Of a DNA stretch of 52,875 nucleotides, positions 37,917-45,401 are shown in pieces. Numbering within the stretch: position 1 is the first letter of the stretch; every line of letters begins with the position of its first letter. A program made the position numbers and the translations under genes. Under the pieces are notes generated by a model. That model had not been told where the DNA came from. It did no database searches and saw nothing but the letters and a program-made list of their open reading frames with translations. The DNA is from a virus (Duplodnaviria; Caudoviricetes), in IMG/VR virus record IMGVR_UViG_3300038393_001048, positions 1 to 52,875 of that record; one strand, given 5' to 3'.

Positions 37917-39561
37917 GTTTGGAGCACCGCTTCTTTTCCCACAGGTTGTTGTACTCACACATGGAGCGAAGCTCATGGTAGGCGTGGCCGGTTCCGAACT
38001 CACGAACTCGGGCCCTGTACCCGTGCTCAAATGAATCCTCATTGAAGTAGGACGATCCCAACCCCTGCGTGGTGGCACCCCAATTCAAGTCGCGGATGAG
38101 ACGGAGAGCCAAGTAGGAGTTGACGAGTTCGGGCCTGCCCAGCACATTGGTGATGGCCCACTTCACGTAAGCCTCATTCGAGGGCATCTCGGCCGGTGCG
38201 GCTTGAGGTATGTGAATACGCGGGGGCGAATCCCAGGTCGCCTTCGGCTCTCGGAGGGGCAGGGAATCGAACACCTTCATCCACGTTTCCGTCGTCTTAT
38301 CCCAACTGTAGCTCTTCTCAGTGCAGGTGCGTGCCTTCTGATTGGCCAGGCGTCGGAGCGATTCGGGCTTGCTGAAGTAGCTGCCCAGCTTGGCTATGAA
38401 GTCATCGCCATCGGGGCGAGCCCTGAGACACCCACTTCCCTGCTCCTCATCAAGGCTGAGCACCCTGATGGGCACGCCACCAATCTTCCTCACAACGTCG
38501 GACATGGCCGAATAGTCGGTGGAGTAGACGGGCACCCCGCATGAGGACGCTTCAACTTGGGGCATGCCGAACCCCTCGCTGTTGGCATACTGGACGTAGA
38601 GGTCGAATAGGTTGATGATCTTGGAGAGGGTGGGCCTGTCGACACCGTCAGCGACGTTGGGCATGACGGCCGCATTCGAACCACACTTGACGCAGGCACC
38701 CCGACAGTCCTGGAAGAGGGCGGGGAAGATCAGATGGCAGAGTTTGCACCGATAGGTGACGATGATCTTGTGGGCCACGCCGCTCTGCTTGATGAGGCGG
38801 GGGATGTCCCAGCCATTCTTGTCGGGATAGCTCGTATGCAGATAGAGGTATGTCTTGAGAGCTATGTTGGGGGGAGCCGTCTTGATGAAGCGGGCAAAGT
38901 CCTTGATAAGCTGAGGGTACAGCTTGCGGGGCTGGTTCCGCATGACGGTGCCGACGATGAAGATGTCCTCGCGGAATGAGAAACGCCTTCGAAGATCGGC
39001 CTTGTCGACTGGGACGAATACCTCCATGTCGGCACAGGGCGGGGCTGAGCCTCGCGTCTTGATGAGACCCCCACCTTCCTGCTCCAGTACCTTCAGCCCC
39101 CAATCCGAGTAGGTGAGCACCGCATCCGCGTTCATGTAGGTAGATAGCCATGCTTCATTCTGAGGCATCGCATCAACCGTTGGCATGATGCACCAGTGGT
39201 AGAAGGGGCGGAACGGGCTCCGCTCGGCGAACTCCATCATCCAGTGATCGCGAATGTCCCAGACGATGTCGGGGCGATACTTGAGGCAAACCTCGTTGAA
39301 GGTGAAGTCGCCGAACTCGTAGCTGGATCGGGTGTCGTATTCCGCTCGTTGAGGGGAACCTTCGGGGGGCATATTACCGAAATAAGCCCACGGCAACTCG
39401 TGTTGACGTGGGTCATCTGGTGTTCCGTATATGGCAAGCTCGGCTAACTCGTACTTGCCGGTCGCATGGAGCCTCTTCATCACTTCCATGCCGTAGGTCG
39501 AATAGCCGGTTGAAAGAAAGCTGGCTTCGTTGACCAGCAGGAGGCGTGGTTTTCGGCTCAT
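37909..39561 (-). CDS. Glycosyltransferase family 4 with Zn-ribbon insertion
   Basis: TGYSTYG, VMRNQPRK, SEGFGMPQVEASSCGVPV; inserted CKLC...CVKC. Confidence 0.88.
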   Translation of the reverse strand: MSRKPRLLLVNEASFLSTGYSTYGMEVMKRLHATGKYELAELAIYGTPDDPRQHELPWAYFGNMPPEGSPQRAEYDTRSSYEFGDFTFNEVCLKYRPDIVWDIRDHWMMEFAERSPFRPFYHWCIMPTVDAMPQNEAWLSTYMNADAVLTYSDWGLKVLEQEGGGLIKTRGSAPPCADMEVFVPVDKADLRRRFSFREDIFIVGTVMRNQPRKLYPQLIKDFARFIKTAPPNIALKTYLYLHTSYPDKNGWDIPRLIKQSGVAHKIIVTYRCKLCHLIFPALFQDCRGACVKCGSNAAVMPNVADGVDRPTLSKIINLFDLYVQYANSEGFGMPQVEASSCGVPVYSTDYSAMSDVVRKIGGVPIRVLSLDEEQGSGCLRARPDGDDFIAKLGSYFSKPESLRRLANQKARTCTEKSYSWDKTTETWMKVFDSLPLREPKATWDSPPRIHIPQAAPAEMPSNEAYVKWAITNVLGRPELVNSYLALRLIRDLNWGATTQGLGSSYFNEDSFEHGYRARVREFGTGHAYHELRSMCEYNNLWEKKRCSKHD

Positions 39562-39583
39562 GTACTACTGTTTCCTCATTGAA

Positions 39584-39608
39584 GAGGGGGCGGGTTACCC
39601 CGCCCCTC
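39584..39608 (-). terminator. GC-rich hairpin downstream of ssb
   Basis: Minus strand GAGGGGCGGG-GTAA-CCCGCCCCCTC with a weak U-tract. Confidence 0.55.
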
Positions 39609-39616
39609 GGTCTACA

Positions 39617-40168
39617 TCAGAAGGGCACTTTCTCGTCTTCGTCCTCACCGTCCCCCGCGTCATCCTCATCATCGACTTCGGCGGGTGCCTCGGCCTTGGG
39701 CCTGGTCGCCGGGGCCGTTACCGGCTTCCCGCTCTTCTTCTTGTCTTTGGCGGTCGACTTGGGGGCCCGCTTGGGGGCCTCTTCGGGAGCTTCCTGCTCC
39801 TCCTCATCCCCCTCAGCCTCCTCGTTACCGTCCGTGTCGTCCGTGCTGGGAGCCTTGCGGGCCTCCACGAACTCGAAACGCTCGACCCGGAACTTGTCCC
39901 GATACTTCGTCTCGCCGGTCTGCTTGTCGGGCCACGAGTCCGTCACCAGCGAGCAGTAGACCCGGATGAGATCACCCGTCCTGAAGTGCTCGCAGATCAT
40001 CTCAGCCCCCTTGCCCCAGGCTTCGCAGTAGGGGAAGGTCGACTCGTTCCGCTGCCTGTTGTTGACACCGATCTTGAACTTGGTCACCGAGACGTCCCCG
40101 TTCTTGCCCTTGATGCTTTCGAGTTGGGGGGTCTTGACCACGTTGCCGACGAAAATGCAATGATTCAT
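39617..40168 (-). CDS. ssb: Single-stranded DNA-binding protein
   Basis: MNHCIFVGN...CEAWGKGAE...GD.I.V OB fold and an acidic tail ending DEKVPF. Confidence 0.93.
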   Translation of the reverse strand: MNHCIFVGNVVKTPQLESIKGKNGDVSVTKFKIGVNNRQRNESTFPYCEAWGKGAEMICEHFRTGDLIRVYCSLVTDSWPDKQTGETKYRDKFRVERFEFVEARKAPSTDDTDGNEEAEGDEEEQEAPEEAPKRAPKSTAKDKKKSGKPVTAPATRPKAEAPAEVDDEDDAGDGEDEDEKVPF

Positions 40169-40170
40169 GT

Positions 40171-40683
40171 TCACCCTTCGAAAAATGCTTTCACGAGTCG
40201 GTAGCCGTCATGCACGCCATGAACGATCGCTACCTCCTCAAAGTTAGGAGGGAACCCTTCCCCCCTGGAATCGAAGAAGAGGCCCTTGAGGAACCCCTCC
40301 TTTGCCTGCTCCTCGTCGGAGGAAGGTGGATCAATAATCTCTTCCATTGCTGAAAGAGGTTCACCACCTTCCCCGACATAGTGGACGAGGTCTACACTGA
40401 TGGGGAGCCGCTTACAGCGACTCACGATATCCACCATCACGAGTAGTCTTATCGCATATTCAGGCACCGACATGAACTTCTCTGTCGGGCTGAGCGATGT
40501 GTTGTAGTAGATGCCCGTGTCCCCATCCCTCTTGATCGCGTAGCCTTGGGTGAGGCGGGGGATGAGCGGGGTGATGAGCACGGGATGAGGCAGCGTGAAG
40601 ATGCAGCCGTCGCCCACCCGTTGAACGATGGGCACATAGTCACTCTCACGCAAGAGATTCTTGATTTCAGCGATTCTGTACAT
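40171..40683 (-). CDS. Hypothetical protein
   Basis: ORF fills the gap between dnaE-C and ssb. ATG at 40683 (alternative TTG at 40713). No motif recognised. Confidence 0.55.
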   Translation of the reverse strand: MYRIAEIKNLLRESDYVPIVQRVGDGCIFTLPHPVLITPLIPRLTQGYAIKRDGDTGIYYNTSLSPTEKFMSVPEYAIRLLVMVDIVSRCKRLPISVDLVHYVGEGGEPLSAMEEIIDPPSSDEEQAKEGFLKGLFFDSRGEGFPPNFEEVAIVHGVHDGYRLVKAFFEG

Positions 40684-40713
40684 TGTGATAAACCGGCCAA
40701 CGCCTTTTGTCAA

Positions 40714-42747
40714 TCAGATTTCCCAGACTTTGTCGACAATGAAGGAACCTCTCTGTTGGTCCTTCCTGCCTTGGAGGGCAGCCACCGTTTTCTCCCGTGC
40801 GAGGAGATGTCCGTACTCTGCCCAAGCCTCTGAGAAGACCGTTACATCGTCCAGTGCCCCCGTCTCGTCCGAGACGCAGAGGTACGCCATCTTGCGTCCC
40901 CTGTTCTTGCCGTTCTTGACGGCGATCTCGCGGACTTCCTGGATCTCGACGCCGATCGTCATCTCGTACAGATCCTTGCCCTCGCGAAGCTCCTTGCAGG
41001 TGGTGTCGATCATGCTCTTATCAGCGGCATCAACGTGTGTGAAGGTGATTGGAAGTCCGAGGGCTTCCTCCTCCTTCTTGGCGATCCAGTAGGGCTTGTC
41101 CTCCAAGGGGGTCGGGGGACGGAGCAGGAGGTCGCGTATCGCCTCCACCTTCTCCCGGCGACCCGTGGTCACCGCGTCTGGACGCTCCAGGAGTTGGCCA
41201 ATGGCCTCGATGAGGTTGGTCGCCTTGCGGGCGTCGTCCAGAACGATGGGCTCGTCATTCTCGTCGAGCACTTCTCGATAGATGACATTGCCCTCCTCGT
41301 CCCTCGCCGACACCTTCTTCTTGACCATCTTCTTGCCGATCGCGGACGGGTGTTCGGGCTTCTCCTCCCCGTTCTTCTTGCACTCCTTGCAGAGGGCACG
41401 GTACGCCTTCATCTCGTCCTTGTCGTACTCGTCGACCTCGACCTCGACCGTCTCCTTGACCGCCTCCATCTGATAGAGGGGCTTGCCCAGCGAGGCGATT
41501 TGCTCACGCTCCTTGACTGTGAGGCGGGTCCATGCGTCGTACTCGGCGAGTAGGCGAAGCCGATCGAGCTTGAAGTTGCGGAGAGCCCCGACCTCGATCA
41601 TCTTCTTGATCATCGCCGCATTGCTGTGCTCGGAAAAGTAGACGAGGAATTCGAACCACGTCCACTGGATAGAGGGCCTTCCGACCTCCTGCTCCACGCC
41701 GCCAATGGCGGCGATCGTCTTCGCCACGTTCTTGACGCCGATACCCTTGACGTCGCTCAAGCCGAATGTGATCACCACCCTGTCGGTGGAGAAGTGCGGA
41801 TCGAAGTCATGGAAGCGGGGCGGCTGAACCTCAATGTTGAAGGTCTTGGCATCGTTGATGAGGGCCCTGATCTCCTTCAAGGGGTCCTGCTTCTCCTTCG
41901 CGAAGCGGAGGTAGGACGTGAAGAAGTAGATCGGGATGTGGGCCTTCTGGTGGGCCGTCCAATAGGAGTCGATCGCATAGCAGACGGAGTGGCTCTTGTT
42001 GAAGGAGTACCGACCGCTCTTCTGGATGTTGGCGAAGAGGCGTTCCGCCTCCTCCCTCGTGATGACCCCAAGCTTAGCAGCCTTCTCCACGAAGATGACG
42101 CCCACTTCCGTCATCAACTTCTGGTCCTTCTTACCAGCCGCCTTCCTCAGCTTGTCGACCTCGACGGGGGTGAAGGCCGCGACGATCTGAGCGATCTGCA
42201 TCATCTGCTCTTGATAGCAGAGAACATCGTAGGTCGGAGCCAAGATGTGCTCGATAGCAGGGATGTCGATCTCGACCGGCTCCTCCCCATTCTTGCGACG
42301 GCAGTACAACTCGGTCATCGAGACCCCGCGTTCGTCGCGGGCCTTGAGACAGCCGGGACGGAGCAGGGCGACGAGGGCAGACAGGTGTTCGAGGTTTCTG
42401 GGGCGAAGCCGCCTCGCCCAAGCCTTACCGAGCGAACTCTCCAACTGGAAGACGCCCTTCGTGCGTCCGGCACTGATGAGGTCCCAGGTCGCTTCGCAGT
42501 CCAGTGGTGCGTCTTCGACGCGATACCTGATGCTCGGGTATCCGTGAACCAGGGGCCGACTAGCATCGATCTCGAAGGAACAGCCACAGGAGAACTCGTA
42601 ACGGAGCCCGTCATCACTAACCTTCCCGCGAGGCACGTGGAACTGGACACCCTCACTCTCCCGAGTGATGTGACGGCCTTCGCCCTTACCCTTCTTCTTC
42701 CTCTTCTTTTTCCATTCGCCGGAGCCCCACCATTCTTCTTCACGCAC
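40714..42747 (-). CDS. dnaE: DNA polymerase III alpha, C-terminal part (fingers, HhH, OB)
   Basis: TKGVFQLES, ALLRPG, YQEQMMQIA, LRKAAGKK, YSFNKSHSVCY, FGLSDVKGIG; OB domain KMAYL.V.DETG...VF. Confidence 0.93.
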   Translation of the reverse strand: MREEEWWGSGEWKKKRKKKGKGEGRHITRESEGVQFHVPRGKVSDDGLRYEFSCGCSFEIDASRPLVHGYPSIRYRVEDAPLDCEATWDLISAGRTKGVFQLESSLGKAWARRLRPRNLEHLSALVALLRPGCLKARDERGVSMTELYCRRKNGEEPVEIDIPAIEHILAPTYDVLCYQEQMMQIAQIVAAFTPVEVDKLRKAAGKKDQKLMTEVGVIFVEKAAKLGVITREEAERLFANIQKSGRYSFNKSHSVCYAIDSYWTAHQKAHIPIYFFTSYLRFAKEKQDPLKEIRALINDAKTFNIEVQPPRFHDFDPHFSTDRVVITFGLSDVKGIGVKNVAKTIAAIGGVEQEVGRPSIQWTWFEFLVYFSEHSNAAMIKKMIEVGALRNFKLDRLRLLAEYDAWTRLTVKEREQIASLGKPLYQMEAVKETVEVEVDEYDKDEMKAYRALCKECKKNGEEKPEHPSAIGKKMVKKKVSARDEEGNVIYREVLDENDEPIVLDDARKATNLIEAIGQLLERPDAVTTGRREKVEAIRDLLLRPPTPLEDKPYWIAKKEEEALGLPITFTHVDAADKSMIDTTCKELREGKDLYEMTIGVEIQEVREIAVKNGKNRGRKMAYLCVSDETGALDDVTVFSEAWAEYGHLLAREKTVAALQGRKDQQRGSFIVDKVWEI

Positions 42748-43495
42748 TCTTCTTCCTCCTCTTTGGCTTGGCCTCCTCGTCGGGAGCTTCCGCTCCCGAC
42801 TTCTCGGCCTCGCGGTCCCTCTCCATCGCCTCCAGGTCGAAGCAATTCTTGAAGCGGACTTTCCGGCCGAAGTGGCGGGATAGCATGAGGAGCTTCTGGA
42901 GGATCGCGGCAGTGTCCTTGACGTCCTGCAAGGCGTCGTGGGCCCCGTCCTTGGATGCCTGAGGCATGCCGAAGTAGACGCGGAGGTTGTCCAGGGACAA
43001 GCTTCGCGGGTCCTTCAGATTCTCTGTCCAGTACCCCAACAACTGGATCGTGTCATAATGTTTCAAGTTGTTGAAGATGCCGGGCACCTTCTTCTTGAGG
43101 AACTTGTCGGGCTTGAGGGTCCCGTACTTGTGGGAGTAACGCTCGTAGAGCGTCATATCGAAGTTGACTATGTTGTGGCCCGCCATCACGGGGGCCGCAA
43201 ACAAATCGGTCTTGCCACCCAGGTTGAATTGGGAGCACCAGTCGGCGAACTTGTGCCAGACCTCTTGCGGGTGCGGTGCCCTTAGCAACTCCTCCTTGGT
43301 GAGCTTGGTCAGCTTGAGAGACTCGGGGTCAAGCTTGTCGGGCTCAAGAGGACGCATCTTCATGTTGAAGTGCGTGTCGTACAGCTTGAGGTCTCGGGGC
43401 CGCATCGCTACGGCACCGATCTGGGTGATCTCGCAGAGGGAGGGGTCTCGCCCTCCCGTCTCGAAGTCCATAACGATGATCGTGTTGTATAGGAT
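42740..43495 (-). CDS. DEDDh 3'-5' exonuclease (DnaQ/epsilon-like); start uncertain
   Basis: DFETGG (ExoI), GHNIVNFD (ExoII), AHDALQDV (ExoIII). GAGGAG sits 7 nt before an in-frame ATC at 43495. Confidence 0.85.
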   Translation of the reverse strand: MLYNTIIVMDFETGGRDPSLCEITQIGAVAMRPRDLKLYDTHFNMKMRPLEPDKLDPESLKLTKLTKEELLRAPHPQEVWHKFADWCSQFNLGGKTDLFAAPVMAGHNIVNFDMTLYERYSHKYGTLKPDKFLKKKVPGIFNNLKHYDTIQLLGYWTENLKDPRSLSLDNLRVYFGMPQASKDGAHDALQDVKDTAAILQKLLMLSRHFGRKVRFKNCFDLEAMERDREAEKSGAEAPDEEAKPKRRKKSA

Positions 43496-43508
43496 GACTA
43501 GGCTCCTC

Positions 43509-44144
43509 TTAACATCTGGGGACCTCGTACTTCTTATGGACCTTGTCCGGATCGGCATCCATAAGGATGTTGAGATCGAACTCCGGAGCCTTCTCCAACT
43601 TCTTCCTGATCAGTCGCACGACGAGGCGGGCGTCAGCGAGTGCTTGGTGCTGATCGACAATCTCGATCCCGGCCCGCTTCGCACACACTTCGGTGCTCGG
43701 CACGCGATCATCCTCAAGTTCCAGGTACATGGAACCGGGGTCGATGCTCCGGTGGGCCAGACGAAGGTACTTCGAGAAGTCGGGCAACCGCTCAAGGAAC
43801 TGCCGATCGAAGGACCCAAAGTTCTTCCCGGCACACTTGATGGGGCTGGTCACGTCGACCCCATTCTGGCCGAGCCAACTGCCGAAGGCAGTTACCACAT
43901 GTTCGGGGAAGCAGAAGAGCTTGTCGGGGTGTGCATCGGGGTTACTGATGATGCGGAGGATCTCCGCATTCATGAAGAGGGCGTACGGCTCCCCAAGGAT
44001 CTGGGGGTGGACCACGTAGCAGTGGAAGGTGGGCAGCGTATCGATGTCCGATGTTCCGTCGTCGATCACCGCACCGATTTCCAACACCTGGCACCAAGAG
44101 GGCTGTAAGCCCGTCGTCTCGATGTCGATAGACACGTACTGCAT
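43509..44144 (-). CDS. Second DEDDh 3'-5' exonuclease (oligoribonuclease/DnaQ-like)
   Basis: YVSIDIETTGL, GKNFGSFDRQFL, HRSID, HQALADA. Confidence 0.88.
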   Translation of the reverse strand: MQYVSIDIETTGLQPSWCQVLEIGAVIDDGTSDIDTLPTFHCYVVHPQILGEPYALFMNAEILRIISNPDAHPDKLFCFPEHVVTAFGSWLGQNGVDVTSPIKCAGKNFGSFDRQFLERLPDFSKYLRLAHRSIDPGSMYLELEDDRVPSTEVCAKRAGIEIVDQHQALADARLVVRLIRKKLEKAPEFDLNILMDADPDKVHKKYEVPRC

Positions 44145-44848
44145 CAGAAGCTCCCTAGTATCAACCGCTCGTAATTGAGGACGGCTAAGCCGCCATCGGA
44201 CCTGTGTCGCTGCGTATCGAAGTCGTAGTAGATCGACTGTTCCAATGTTGCTCCGTCGCCATCCTCGTTGATGACGGGGATGGTCCTCACGAAGGAGTAA
44301 CAGTCACGCTGGACGCCGATTACTACGTCGGCATCTCCACCAGCCAACGTACCCTGACAATTATCCAAGAAGACCTTGAGCACTCGCTCGTACCGATCTA
44401 CCGGGATCGGGTGTACGCGAATGCCATCCAGCCAGTTGAAGATCTCGATCGTCGTCGGCTGGTCTGCACTGATATAGATGTCCGTTAAGTCCTTGCCGCC
44501 ATACTTAATGTGGCTGGCTCGCATGAGACGCAGGAGACGAGAGGTCAAGACGCCCGGCTTCGCATGCTCATCAAAGCAGACCATATTACGATCGGCGGCA
44601 GCGGAGATGATGCAATCCATCGCCTGGTCGTCCAACTCACGCCACACTTCGAAGGTGGAATGGCCGGAAACTGAGAGGGTGGGGATGATCACATCATCAT
44701 TGAAGGATCGTTGGGTGCTCTGGTCATCCTTGGGCACATAGACGATAGCTGGACCCTTACTGAAAGGGTCCTTCTGCATTAGACAGTTGCCCATATGACG
44801 GCTGGGCTTAAACTTCTTCGCCTCGAAGAGACTGATGAACTCGTTCAT
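44144..44848 (-). CDS. Hypothetical protein resembling a shortened HK97-fold major capsid protein
   Basis: Blocks AAADRNMVCFDEHAKPGVLTSRLLRLMR, LTDIYIS, GTLAGGDADVVIGV...SFV and terminal GLAVLNYERLILGSF recall MCP C-terminal halves. This is recalled similarity, not a search result. Confidence 0.55.
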   Translation of the reverse strand: MNEFISLFEAKKFKPSRHMGNCLMQKDPFSKGPAIVYVPKDDQSTQRSFNDDVIIPTLSVSGHSTFEVWRELDDQAMDCIISAAADRNMVCFDEHAKPGVLTSRLLRLMRASHIKYGGKDLTDIYISADQPTTIEIFNWLDGIRVHPIPVDRYERVLKVFLDNCQGTLAGGDADVVIGVQRDCYSFVRTIPVINEDGDGATLEQSIYYDFDTQRHRSDGGLAVLNYERLILGSF

Positions 44849-45401
44849 TGATGTAGTTCCTGGCCTTAATAAGGACCTTGACCATCTCCTTCACCTTATC
44901 ATTGCTCCCTCGGAGCAGGAAGGAGGGGTGGTACATGGGGAGGATGATGCCGCCTTCGCGGAGAAAGGAGGCTTTGTGGGGTTTGCCTACGGCAGCGGAG
45001 ATTCTGAAGGTGCTCTTGCCCTTCAAGAGGAGGCGGGCTGGGGTATTCCCGAGCGGGATGACGACGAGAGGATCTACGATCCTCATCTCTTTCCAGAGCC
45101 ACCCTTTGCAAGCCTGGATCTCCTCGGGGAGCGGGGCCCGATTCTTCGGGGGGCGACAGCGACAGACGTTGGTGACGAAGACCGCTTCGCGGTCCATCTT
45201 GGCTTCGCCCAGCATCTTGTTGAGGAGCTTGCCAGAGGCCCCCACGAATGGGAGCCCCTGATCGTCCTCCTCAGCACCGGGAGCTTCGCCGACGAACATC
45301 AGAGGGGCAGGGAAGGGTCCGTCCCCTGGAACCACTTGCTTGCAGGTTGCCCTCAGGTCGCACTTGTGACAAGCCCGCTCCAGCGACTTAAGCTGCATCA
45401 T
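44808..45401 (-). CDS. udg: Uracil-DNA glycosylase family 4
   Basis: CHKCDL...C Fe-S cysteines, VGEAPG..ED..G.PFVG.SG, TNVCRCRPP.NR.P, MYHPSF. Confidence 0.93.
   Translation of the reverse strand: MMQLKSLERACHKCDLRATCKQVVPGDGPFPAPLMFVGEAPGAEEDDQGLPFVGASGKLLNKMLGEAKMDREAVFVTNVCRCRPPKNRAPLPEEIQACKGWLWKEMRIVDPLVVIPLGNTPARLLLKGKSTFRISAAVGKPHKASFLREGGIILPMYHPSFLLRGSNDKVKEMVKVLIKARNYINERVHQSLRGEEV

Noticed and set aside
29701-39561. Host chromosomal LPS/EPS locus marking a prophage boundary
   Set aside because: The genes are coupled to phage replication and recombination genes, share a phage promoter motif, and lack wzx/wzy or ABC export genes. No integrase or att site was seen.
40685-40713. Minus-strand TTGACA-17 nt-TATCAC promoter before the 40683 gene and ssb
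   Set aside because: The -35 is perfect, but the -10 lacks the conserved final T and sits only 1 nt from the ATG; too weak to call.
41626-42852. 408-aa plus-strand ORF opposite dnaE-C, and similar ORFs at 36954-38045 and 45400-46290
   Set aside because: Antisense shadows of well-supported genes, expected with high GC at third codon positions.
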